From: Acidiferrobacterales bacterium | GTDB taxonomy: Bacteria > Pseudomonadota > Gammaproteobacteria > Acidiferrobacterales > SPGG2 | Assembly: GCA_046760105.1 (NCBI GenBank) | Contig: JBHIDJ010000004.1 | Location: forward strand, 17,285-81,284 | DNA: 64,000 nucleotides | Direction: 5' to 3' | In this document: one piece after another, positions 32,903 through 41,787 of the stretch | How the letters are laid out: each line of letters starts with the position of its first letter | Position numbering within the stretch: the stretch's first letter is position 1 | Position numbers and translations under genes: made by a program | The notes under the pieces: generated by a model | What the model saw: only the letters and a program-made list of their open reading frames with translations | What the model was told of the DNA's origin: nothing | Database searches by the model: none

Positions 32903-35080
32903 CTACGAGTATTCTCGTGCCGCGGGGGCACGGCAGCATTCGAGATAGTACTTGCTGACCGGGTCATGTACGGTCTCATACAAATGTTCGAAAATGGGAA
33001 GGGCCTGGTCGAACTCGTTTCGACGTACCAGTTCATAAGCGCGCCTAAACTCGTCCACCCAGTCCATGGACGTTTGCCCGTCTGTGTGCAATAACTCGTA
33101 GATTCTTACCAACTCGCGTCTCCCTCTTACTTGGGCGAGTTCAACCTCGCGCATATATGGGAACTCCTCTCGCACATGTTCATACGTAAACTCACTCATG
33201 AGAATATGGGTGCCGTAGGTTTTGTTCAGGCCTTCAATCCTCGATCCCAGGTTTACCGCATCACCGATTACGGTGTAGTCAAATCGGTTTATGGAACCCT
33301 TAGAGCCCATATTGCCGATAATCATTGGTCCAGTATTTATACCGATCCCGATATCTAGTATCGGCAGCTCTTCCTGCTCCCAACCGGCTTGCAATTCATG
33401 CAACTGATCGAGCATATCGAGCGCCGTGCGACAGGCCAAGATGGCATGGTCCTGTCGATAGATCGGCGCCCCATAAACAGCCATAATGGCATCCCCAATG
33501 TACTTATCCAACAGGCCGTCATGTTTGAAGACCTTTTCTGTCATCTGCGTAAGGTAAACATTTAGCAACCGTACGACGTCCTCGGGAGGTAGAGATTGGG
33601 AGACAGACGTGAAGCCGCGAATATCGGAAAATAGTACGGTGAGCGTTCGCTCCTCGCCGCCCAGTCGCAGACGGTCGACATCACCCATGATCTCGTCAAC
33701 CAGCTTTGGGGAGACATAGTGCTGAAAAGCGGATTTGGTCTGCCGTCTAACGGTTTCAGCGCGGACATATTTGGCGATAGTGGAGACCACAAACAGCAAG
33801 AGAACAAGCACTGACGGGTAGACAATGTTCAGCCACACCAGTTGCACGCGAAACATTATGACGGCAATAAGCGTATAAAGACCGAACGACGTCGCTGCTA
33901 GCACCGCCCCGCGCCACATATCGATTCTTGACAGCATCCATGAGAGCAGCGACCCCAGCCCAACAATGACGATTGCATCGATAAGCCGCATCCACTCGGG
34001 GCGGTTGATGAAATCACTATCGAGCAAGTTTTGTATGATGTTCGCGCGGATCTCTACGCCCGGATAGGTGGGACCGTAGGGTGTGACGCGAATATCGCCT
34101 ATGCCTTTCGCGGTGGCCCCGATGAGCACGATCTTATCTTTAATGAGTTCAGGTTTCACACTCCCACGGTAAATGTCTGATACGGAGAGGGTCGCAACCG
34201 TTTGTTCGGGGCCGTGATAATGGATCAAGGCGCGGCCGAACTCGTCGGTGCTGATAAAACGGTCACCGATTGCCAATCCCGTGATGCCGTACTCCGTGGT
34301 GTGCAAAATCAGTTCGTTCACATTGAGAGCTGCTCGTGCCGCTTGCACATCGGCCGATGGAAAGAAAAGTCCTTTATATCTGATAACCAACGGCGCCCAG
34401 CGAAGAGTACCGTCTAGATCCGGAACGGTAACTATATGTCCAGTGTATTTGGCATTGGCGCGTATCTCTGGCAAGTTGACTAGTAATCCGGCTGGCTCAG
34501 GCATGGGAAAATCGAGATTCCCATCGCCATCATCCCGGAATATCCGGATCGCCTGGTCCTTAATATCTGCCAGCACCTTTTCAGATTTCGCCTTGGGTAA
34601 CTGACGGACTTCGTCCTCTAACATGAAAAAAACCATCCCAAGAGTGATCTTCCCGCTCTTCGCGATCGCCTCGCTGAGCGTTAAGTCCGCGGCCAGGGTC
34701 CGTTTTATCGACTGATATGGGCTGGTTCGATCGGTAAACCCTCGCTGCTTTTCAAGCTTTTCGATATGATCAAGCAGCTTCTGGTTTTCCGACTCCGAGA
34801 AAAACACGTCGAGTGCGATAACCCGCGCACCAAGCCCGTCAAGCTTTTCGATCAGGCTGGCCATCGTACGCCGGCTCCAGGGCCAGCGCCCGAGCTCCGC
34901 CAGGCTCTTCTCATCTATGGCGGCGATGACGACGTTGCCGACGGGCGCGCGAACTCCTTGGGACCGCAGCCGCATGTCGTACGTTTTCAGTTCCATGACA
35001 TCTAGCAGTTGATTGCCCAGCAGGTACATAATTAGTACCACGCCCGTTAATAGGAAGCCGATTTTCTTGGCAGTGATCAT
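32903..35080 (-). CDS. CHASE2-domain class III adenylate/guanylate cyclase
   Basis: IDEKSL..LGRWPWSR..DVFFSE (CHASE2); 3 TM; LFSDIRGFT, DKYIGDA, DYTVIGDAVNLGSRIEG (ATP-type Lys/Thr). Confidence 0.92.
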   Translation of the reverse strand: MITAKKIGFLLTGVVLIMYLLGNQLLDVMELKTYDMRLRSQGVRAPVGNVVIAAIDEKSLAELGRWPWSRRTMASLIEKLDGLGARVIALDVFFSESENQKLLDHIEKLEKQRGFTDRTSPYQSIKRTLAADLTLSEAIAKSGKITLGMVFFMLEDEVRQLPKAKSEKVLADIKDQAIRIFRDDGDGNLDFPMPEPAGLLVNLPEIRANAKYTGHIVTVPDLDGTLRWAPLVIRYKGLFFPSADVQAARAALNVNELILHTTEYGITGLAIGDRFISTDEFGRALIHYHGPEQTVATLSVSDIYRGSVKPELIKDKIVLIGATAKGIGDIRVTPYGPTYPGVEIRANIIQNLLDSDFINRPEWMRLIDAIVIVGLGSLLSWMLSRIDMWRGAVLAATSFGLYTLIAVIMFRVQLVWLNIVYPSVLVLLLFVVSTIAKYVRAETVRRQTKSAFQHYVSPKLVDEIMGDVDRLRLGGEERTLTVLFSDIRGFTSVSQSLPPEDVVRLLNVYLTQMTEKVFKHDGLLDKYIGDAIMAVYGAPIYRQDHAILACRTALDMLDQLHELQAGWEQEELPILDIGIGINTGPMIIGNMGSKGSINRFDYTVIGDAVNLGSRIEGLNKTYGTHILMSEFTYEHVREEFPYMREVELAQVRGRRELVRIYELLHTDGQTSMDWVDEFRRAYELVRRNEFDQALPIFEHLYETVHDPVSKYYLECCRAPAAREYS

Positions 35081-35154
35081 GGATGGGTCGGAACTCGCGC
35101 CGGCGCTGTATTTTGCCTTACACCACTATAATAATAACGAACGTGAGGACAGTT

Positions 35155-38100
35155 ATGAGACCAGATCGCGAACCTTTGAGTGCTTCCTATTATACGTGTT
35201 GTCGCCACGCTTACGTATTATCACGCTATCCCCGGTTTCTTTGTACGGTGGTTTTCGTTTTAGGGGCCGTATTCAGCACCGTGACGTGTGCCGCGATCAA
35301 GCTGTCACAGACAATTGCTTCGAGCAAGGGCACGGAGGGCAGTTTTTCAGCGATCGCCGGCATAACGATGAGCGAGAATGGCACGCTATACCTGACAGAT
35401 AATCGCTCTGGCAGACTCGTCCGCTTCGGCCCCTCCGGCAGCACATCAATCGCCCTTGCCGGTCAAGATCGTGTGTTCAAATCCGGTCGTCTCACCGGTG
35501 CCGCGAGCGTTGATGACGCACTGCTGGCGATCGCGAATGCAGGCGACAGCAGCGTGGCGATCATCGATGAGGCAGGGCGACCGCGTTACTCATTTGGAGG
35601 CCGCGGCAGTGACGATGGGCAGCTAGACGCACCAGTCGGGCTCGCCTACTCGCCGCGAGGACGGTTCTATGTTGCCGACAGCGGCAACGATAGGATCTCT
35701 GTTTACAGCGGGGATGGAATTTTCCTATTCAGTTTTGGAGACAAGGATCCCTCAGGTAAGACAAATCTGAAGAAGCCAGTTCATGTAGGCGTAGATATTG
35801 ACGAGAACATTTACGTCCTCGATGACTACGGTGGCGACAGGATCTCGGTCTATGATCATACCGGCACGTTGCTGAAGCGCATCAGCAGTGAGGAGTTGAG
35901 AGGTCACACACGCAAGCCACCAAAGCTTACTGCCATGACAGTAAGCCTCCATGGCGAGATATTTCTCGCCGACGGAAACAACGGGAAGATATTGCAGCTC
36001 GACTGGCGCGCCGGCCAAATCGCCAACACCTTCGGCAGCAAAGGCAAAGGTCGCGGGCAGTTCTCAAGAATCACCGCGTTGGCCGTAACCCCTTTACACC
36101 AGCTGGTTGTCGGGGACGTTCGCAACAAGAAGATAGAAATCTATGACCTTATTCCTTCGGTAACGCGCACCCCGACCGAAGACCTGCGGTTGCCTTCGAT
36201 CAGATTGGGTGAGAGCTATGGCCTCGAGTGTGATAAGGCTTACCCAATGCCAGGCGATTCGATCCTATGCCTGAGCACGGCCAAGCGCACCGTAACGCGC
36301 GTGTCACGTAAAGGAAAGGTCGTACAGACTTTTGAAGGTCCCTTTAAGAACCCGATGCTGGCGGCGACGGACGATAACGACGTGATTGTCGTCGATGGCA
36401 ACCGGCTCAAGGTCTATTCGCACGACGGGAAGCAACGTTTTGCGTTCGGCGGTAGTGGCTCCAAAGACGGGCACTTCAAGCAGATCACCGGTGTTTACTT
36501 GCGCGACCGAATCTATGTTGCTGATACTGGAAAGCGTGTTCAGATTTTTTCGCGCGACGGCGTTTTTCTCGACAAGCTTGCCAGCCGCAAGGGTGAGCAA
36601 AAAGTGCTTCGCAATCCTGGACCGGTTGCCGTTGACACAAAGGGCAATCTTTATGTAGCAGACAGCGGGTCCAGCAAGATCCGCGTTTTCTCTCCGAAGA
36701 AGAAATTATTGTATGAGCTAGGTGAGGGCGCAAAGTCTCCTAATCGTTACAGAGGCTTTAGCGCCATGACCCTGGACCAAGACGACAACCTCTATGTCTT
36801 AGCATCAACCACCCGCAACGCACGTACAGTGCACGTCTACCAGGGCAAGAATCGAGTATTCTCGTTCGGTTCCTCGGGCACACAACGTGGAGCTCTGTCG
36901 GATGCGACGTCATTGACCGTGCTGTCTCCGATTAAGACCGAAGTCAGCATATACGACAAGAGGCGCCAAGCGCTGCAAACCTTTCAGTTTCTTCAGGTTC
37001 CGACGAAAGTCGATGAATTACGCGCAAGCGGCGGTGTGGGAAAAACGAAATTACGCTGGCACAGGGTACCGGGTAGTTTTATAGATCATTACTCGCTTTA
37101 CGCAGCGGTGCAGCTGAAAGGGCCTTATGAAAAAATTCTAGAAACCGCAGAGACGACGGTCACGGTCACGCATGATGATGATAAGCGTTATGTTTATTAT
37201 CGCGTAGCGGCGGTGAGCGGTTTCGAGGTCGAAGGTGTAGCCTCGCAAGTGGCGGAGGATTTGTTCCAGGCGGCATACGGGCTGTACGAAACGAAACAAT
37301 ATGCTGAGGCGGCCGAATTGTTTGCACAGCTCTACGACGCTGATGCCCAGCACGGCGAGGCGCTCGAGTTCTTTGGTCTGAGCCTTCTTGGTCAGAAAAA
37401 GTATGAAGACGCACTGCGCCGCTTCCGTGCCTTGGCCAAGATCCCCGGGTTCGAGATAAGGAGTATTAACCGCCAGACCGAGTCGTTGTTTGCATCGAGG
37501 CAGTTCATTGCGGCACGCGCTATGGTGGACAAGGCTATCTCCCAGAATCAAGTGGACGCCTTGACCTATCTGTGGTGTGGCAGGATTGCCATGAAACTGG
37601 GTGATGCGGCTGGTGCAGCAGACTGCCTGGCGAGTGCGATCAAGCTTGACGAAGATATGGTATCCGCGCACGCCCTTCTCGGGCAGGCCTACCTTACGGT
37701 TGGTGCGACCGACAAAGGGTTGGCGCAACTTGATAAGGCGTTGGATATCGCACCGGAAAATCCCGTAACTTGGGTGCAGAGCGGACTCGCCTACCAGTCG
37801 CTCGGCAGACACGAAGAAGCACTCTCGCGCTTCAACAAGGCACTGGCTATCGACAAGCTTAACGGTGCTGCGCGTCTGGGGGCAGCCCAGAGTTACTTTG
37901 ATCTGAAGGACTACGAGCAGGCGCGCTCGATCGCGCTGTCTATGTCCGGGGTGCCTGCACAGGAAGCCGCTGGGCAATATCTGCTCGGCATCATCGAGCT
38001 AGCGCGTGGCCAGCCGCAAGAGGCAGCACTCTCGCTCACCAAGGCAGCTAACAGAGATCCTGAGAATGTCAAAGCGTGGCTTGCTCTGACGGAGGCCTAT

Positions 38101-40197
38101 TTGCAGCTCGAAGACGATGCTAAGGCGCGATCCGCGTTGCGTCAGGCAATAGCCGCCGGACCTGCATCGTTTGAAGCCCACTTTCGTCTCGGCATGCTCG
38201 AACAGAGGAGCGAAAACCATATCGCCGCGGCCCGAGCCTTAGCCACGGCGGTAACGATGCAACCGGCGCACTATGAATCGCGTTATGCCTATGCTGTTAG
38301 CCTATTAGCACTGGAAGGCTTGCCGGAGGCCAGTGAACATGCCAAGCGGGCGGCGCGGCTGTTACCGAAAAGCAGCGATGCGCTTGTTTTGCTTGCGGAC
38401 ATCGCTCAGCGGCAAGGTAAAGAGGGTGATGCCATAAATTATCTGAAGAAAGCGCTGGCTCGGAACCCCACATCGGCAGTTATCGAAATCGAGCTGGGGA
38501 AACGTTACCTGGAGAACAATATATTCGACCTTGCGCAAATACATCTTGAACAAGGCACGTTAAAGGACACGAAGAATGCGGTACCGCACGCCCTGCTGGG
38601 TCAACTTTTCTTGAAGCGACGCCTCTACGACCAGGCAATTGAAGCGTTTACCAAAGCAGTTGAGCTTGATGCCAGCGAACAAAATAGACTGCAACTGAAC
38701 ATCGCCTTTGCGGAAAAGAAGAAATCGCTGGAGTTGCCATATCACGCTCCGCTCATCGCCCTGCAGGATTTACGTCTGCATCAGGTGTTCGCTGCAGCAT
38801 ATAAGCGATACACGAACGAAGCGGTAGGTTCTATCAAGGTCGCCAACACCGGTGAGACTGAGTACAAGGATCTTAAGCTCACTTTTCATATCAAGGACTA
38901 CATGGATTTTCCCACCAGTCGACGGATCGAACGGTTGAAGGCGAACGATACTGTGGAAGTATCGCTGTTTGCATCCTTTAACAACAGGATTCTGGACATC
39001 GACGAGGACACCGGCCTGTTAGTCGAGGTTAAGCTCAACTTTTACAGGAATGGGAAACAGGATTCGATTGATGTAACCCAGCCGATGACCATCTATGGGA
39101 AGAACGCTATCGTATGGCGTGATCTGAATATGGTCGGCTCCTTTGTTACGCCTAAGGATGAGACACTGAAGGATTTTGTGCGCCAGGCGATCAACAACTA
39201 TCGACCTGAAAGCGGATCGCTCAACGACAACATTGTCTCGGCCATGACCTGGTTCAATGTACTGTCCGCACATGGTATGAAATACGTGGTAGATCCCAAC
39301 AGTCCGTTCCCGGAGCTGACCAAAGATCAGGTGGACTACGTGCAGTTTCCACGCGAGACACTATGGGTAAAAAGCGGTGACTGTGACGATTTATCAGTCT
39401 TGTTAAGTGCTGGACTGGAAAATCTCGGTATAGAAACCGCGCTGGTGGACATTCCCGGCCACCTGTTTTTTATGTTCAACAGCGGCCTTTCGCAAAAGGA
39501 CAAGAATTTCATCAGCTTGCAAGATGACCTGATGATCATTCGCGACGGCGAGGTGTGGATACCGCTGGAGACGACCATGATCGCAACATCATTTTCCGAG
39601 GCATGGGCCGAGGGTGCGCGAAAATACAACAAATGGAAGAGCACAAATGAACTCCGCGAGATTCCGCTAAAGCACGCCTGGCAAAAATACTTTCCGGTGA
39701 CGCTTCCGCCCGCGAAGTACGCGCTGGAACTAGCGAACGAGAAGCATGCAAAAACGCTCATCGACCGGGAGCGGTCTGTGTTGGTAACGAAAAGCCTGGA
39801 ACGTTTTATCGTGCCCTATCGGGCTATGCTGGAAAGCGACCCCAATGACCTTGAGGCGCGCATGCAGATCGGCATCACGTACGCGAAGAATGGTCTTTAT
39901 GATCTCGCCGTCGATGAGTTTGAACGAGCACTGCAGATCGATCCGAACGACAGCGCGGTGCACAACAATCACGGCAACATATACTATATTAAGGGAGATT
40001 ATGAGCGTGCATTGGAAGCCTATCGTCGCGCCGAGGAGTTCGATCCGCAAGACGCCGGCATAAAAGTCAATCTTGCGCTTACGCACTACCGTCTCGGAAG
40101 GCTCGCGGATGCAGTAGCCAAGCACGCTGAGGCAATCGCGCTCGACAAGGCGTTTGCCGAAAAGTACGAGACGTTGCAAAAACTCCTGACGCACTAA
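35155..40197 (+). CDS. Large exported NHL-repeat / FN3 / TPR protein with transglutaminase-like domain
   Basis: ATG at 35155 behind GAGGA; hydrophobic signal segment; repeated FG..G...GQ(F/L)...YVAD.GN; FN3-like LRW...YYRVAAV; many TPRs; QFPRETL...GDCDD...PGH...WIPLETT. Confidence 0.8.
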   Translation: MRPDREPLSASYYTCCRHAYVLSRYPRFLCTVVFVLGAVFSTVTCAAIKLSQTIASSKGTEGSFSAIAGITMSENGTLYLTDNRSGRLVRFGPSGSTSIALAGQDRVFKSGRLTGAASVDDALLAIANAGDSSVAIIDEAGRPRYSFGGRGSDDGQLDAPVGLAYSPRGRFYVADSGNDRISVYSGDGIFLFSFGDKDPSGKTNLKKPVHVGVDIDENIYVLDDYGGDRISVYDHTGTLLKRISSEELRGHTRKPPKLTAMTVSLHGEIFLADGNNGKILQLDWRAGQIANTFGSKGKGRGQFSRITALAVTPLHQLVVGDVRNKKIEIYDLIPSVTRTPTEDLRLPSIRLGESYGLECDKAYPMPGDSILCLSTAKRTVTRVSRKGKVVQTFEGPFKNPMLAATDDNDVIVVDGNRLKVYSHDGKQRFAFGGSGSKDGHFKQITGVYLRDRIYVADTGKRVQIFSRDGVFLDKLASRKGEQKVLRNPGPVAVDTKGNLYVADSGSSKIRVFSPKKKLLYELGEGAKSPNRYRGFSAMTLDQDDNLYVLASTTRNARTVHVYQGKNRVFSFGSSGTQRGALSDATSLTVLSPIKTEVSIYDKRRQALQTFQFLQVPTKVDELRASGGVGKTKLRWHRVPGSFIDHYSLYAAVQLKGPYEKILETAETTVTVTHDDDKRYVYYRVAAVSGFEVEGVASQVAEDLFQAAYGLYETKQYAEAAELFAQLYDADAQHGEALEFFGLSLLGQKKYEDALRRFRALAKIPGFEIRSINRQTESLFASRQFIAARAMVDKAISQNQVDALTYLWCGRIAMKLGDAAGAADCLASAIKLDEDMVSAHALLGQAYLTVGATDKGLAQLDKALDIAPENPVTWVQSGLAYQSLGRHEEALSRFNKALAIDKLNGAARLGAAQSYFDLKDYEQARSIALSMSGVPAQEAAGQYLLGIIELARGQPQEAALSLTKAANRDPENVKAWLALTEAYLQLEDDAKARSALRQAIAAGPASFEAHFRLGMLEQRSENHIAAARALATAVTMQPAHYESRYAYAVSLLALEGLPEASEHAKRAARLLPKSSDALVLLADIAQRQGKEGDAINYLKKALARNPTSAVIEIELGKRYLENNIFDLAQIHLEQGTLKDTKNAVPHALLGQLFLKRRLYDQAIEAFTKAVELDASEQNRLQLNIAFAEKKKSLELPYHAPLIALQDLRLHQVFAAAYKRYTNEAVGSIKVANTGETEYKDLKLTFHIKDYMDFPTSRRIERLKANDTVEVSLFASFNNRILDIDEDTGLLVEVKLNFYRNGKQDSIDVTQPMTIYGKNAIVWRDLNMVGSFVTPKDETLKDFVRQAINNYRPESGSLNDNIVSAMTWFNVLSAHGMKYVVDPNSPFPELTKDQVDYVQFPRETLWVKSGDCDDLSVLLSAGLENLGIETALVDIPGHLFFMFNSGLSQKDKNFISLQDDLMIIRDGEVWIPLETTMIATSFSEAWAEGARKYNKWKSTNELREIPLKHAWQKYFPVTLPPAKYALELANEKHAKTLIDRERSVLVTKSLERFIVPYRAMLESDPNDLEARMQIGITYAKNGLYDLAVDEFERALQIDPNDSAVHNNHGNIYYIKGDYERALEAYRRAEEFDPQDAGIKVNLALTHYRLGRLADAVAKHAEAIALDKAFAEKYETLQKLLTH

Positions 40198-40224
40198 GCA
40201 AGGTGGTTTTGCGGGGTATGTCAT

Positions 40225-40788
40225 ATGCGAAGGGTGTTATTACTAAGTTTGACGATCACTTTCGCCTGGGCGCCGTTGGTGGCGGAGGAGAACAAAGCGG
40301 CAACTACCGATGTTGCAGTCGAGACGGCAGATCGGGGACCCGCTGTCAAGCGTATTTTCGCTCGTGTATGGGCGCGCTTACGCGCCTACATACCGAGGCC
40401 CGCGGCGCTTGCGCCGACAGCATCGGGTACGCAGATCGCAGGGGTGCGCGGGGCCGAGGCGACTAGCAGCGGGCTACAACCTTATTGGAAAGGAGATAAG
40501 ACAAGCGATCCCGCTTTTGTCGAAGAGGCGGAAATCTTCGTGGCTGCCGTCGAGCTGGCCGAAGCGGGAGAGTTTCAGCAGGCGGCTGCCGCGTTCAAAG
40601 CCTTCAGTGTCGCCTACCCGGATAGCAAGCTAAGTCCCAATGTGCAGTTCGCCTTAGGAGTGGTTTACGGGCAGCTGGGGAATACCGAGGAGGCGGTAAC
40701 CACGCTGAAGGCGTTTGCTCGATCTCATCCCACACATCCGCTGGCAGAGGATGCGCGGCAGGTGATAACGGGACTGCAAGAGCGCTAG
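40225..40788 (+). CDS. Exported TPR protein (CpoB/BamD-like C-terminus) with AGVRG motif
   Basis: Signal peptide MRRVLLLSLTITFAWAPLVA; TQIAGVRGAEA; AFKAF...YPDS...F.LG...HPTHPLA. Confidence 0.72.
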   Translation: MRRVLLLSLTITFAWAPLVAEENKAATTDVAVETADRGPAVKRIFARVWARLRAYIPRPAALAPTASGTQIAGVRGAEATSSGLQPYWKGDKTSDPAFVEEAEIFVAAVELAEAGEFQQAAAAFKAFSVAYPDSKLSPNVQFALGVVYGQLGNTEEAVTTLKAFARSHPTHPLAEDARQVITGLQER

Positions 40789-40862
40789 TTGCGAAAACCC
40801 GGAAGTACGGCCGTGGCGGCGCCGAATGTTCGCCCCTACCTAGTCTTCACACGAGCAGTATC

Positions 40863-41013
40863 GTTAGCTACAAACCACTGTGAGGCTGCCTGCTGAGGGC
40901 GGCCATCTTTACGGCGCCATCGGGCGAGCGCGACGGGCACGAGCCCCGAAATCCGACCCATGGATTAAATCCCCACAAGGTCGGCGAGACACATCTCGCG
41001 AAGCAAAACCAAC
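40863..41013 (-). ncRNA. Candidate structured ncRNA (unassigned family)
   Basis: Possible closing stem gttggt/gctaac; hairpins cgaga-tgtg-tctcg, ccgacc..ggtcgg, cggggc-tcgt-gcccg; upstream promoter-like motif. Confidence 0.5.
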
Positions 41014-41018
41014 GGAAC

Positions 41019-41047
41019 TGTCTAGCAGAATCAGGCATGATTCGTAA
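41019..41047 (-). promoter_or_regulatory. Possible sigma-70 promoter for the candidate ncRNA
   Basis: TTACGA-17 bp-TAGACA with an extended TG; the -35 overlaps a heptamer repeat so may be coincidental. Confidence 0.35.
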
Positions 41048-41110
41048 GTCGTAAATGCTGAACCCCATGATTCGGGAATCTTGGATATGAGGCATGGGTT
41101 GTGGAGATGC

Positions 41111-41159
41111 TTACGGTTTACGATTCGCCGCTTACCCTTCACGGTTCACGAATTACGAA
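41111..41159. repeat. 7 x 7-bp degenerate tandem repeat (consensus TYACGRW)
   Basis: ttacggt ttacgat tcgccgc ttaccct tcacggt tcacgaa ttacgaa; inverted units at 41041-41054. Confidence 0.7.
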
Positions 41160-41787
41160 TCATTAGTCCTTCAACCTCTTTTAACGTTGCCCGCCTCAGC
41201 GGTTTGCCATTGACGGGGCTTAAAGGCGCCTCGCGAGCTGCCTCGCGGTTAAAAACGTAAACTTCGATAGTGCAAGCATCGGCAGTGAAGCGATACACTG
41301 GGCAGCTCTCAAAACGCTCGCCGCCATAACGTATGCGCTTGTCGAGCTCTTCGAAAGGGATGCTGTGTTCGTGCAGGAGCAGACCGATTTCCTCCGGTGT
41401 ATCCGCACACACATGGATTTGAATTGCCGATTCGGGCGTGACGGTACCGCTGAGGACAGATCCCACGAGGCGCGGTTTAAACCTGGAGAAGAATTGCATA
41501 GCCTCGATTGCTAGCTCGCGCAGCCGTCTTAGTGTTCCGGATAGCCGTTCTGCGTGAAAGAGCTGCAAGTACTCACGCAACGACGCTTCTACCTCTTGAT
41601 TGGTCGGTAGATGTTTGTTGTCTGGAACGTTAAGACGGTTGGCAGCCTTACGTTTGGCGGCATGAAAGTCACGTACACCTTCGCCCGCCATAATACGTGC
41701 TGCCTCGACGCTGATGTGTTGGCGAAGCTGTGCTTCCGCGCGCGGCGTGGGTCTAGCTGCGCGCCGCAATCGCGTCTTGCTACCCAT
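41146..41787 (-). CDS. Hypothetical protein with degenerate nucleotidyltransferase-like fold
   Basis: EAARIM..EG.RDF..AKRKAA..L...LPTNQEVE helical domain; PRLVGSVLSGT..PESAIQIH resembles GS...SDID without the Asp residues; start overlaps mrcA stop. Confidence 0.7.
   Translation of the reverse strand: MGSKTRLRRAARPTPRAEAQLRQHISVEAARIMAGEGVRDFHAAKRKAANRLNVPDNKHLPTNQEVEASLREYLQLFHAERLSGTLRRLRELAIEAMQFFSRFKPRLVGSVLSGTVTPESAIQIHVCADTPEEIGLLLHEHSIPFEELDKRIRYGGERFESCPVYRFTADACTIEVYVFNREAAREAPLSPVNGKPLRRATLKEVEGLMIRNS

Noticed and set aside
35083-35154. ORF-track start of the 1704-aa protein
   Set aside because: Abuts the divergent cyclase start with no room for an RBS or promoter; ATG 35155 has GAGGA
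40863-41013. Assignment of the candidate RNA to 6S RNA, tmRNA, SRP or RNase P
   Set aside because: I could not find their characteristic motifs or usual gene context; left unassigned pending an Rfam search
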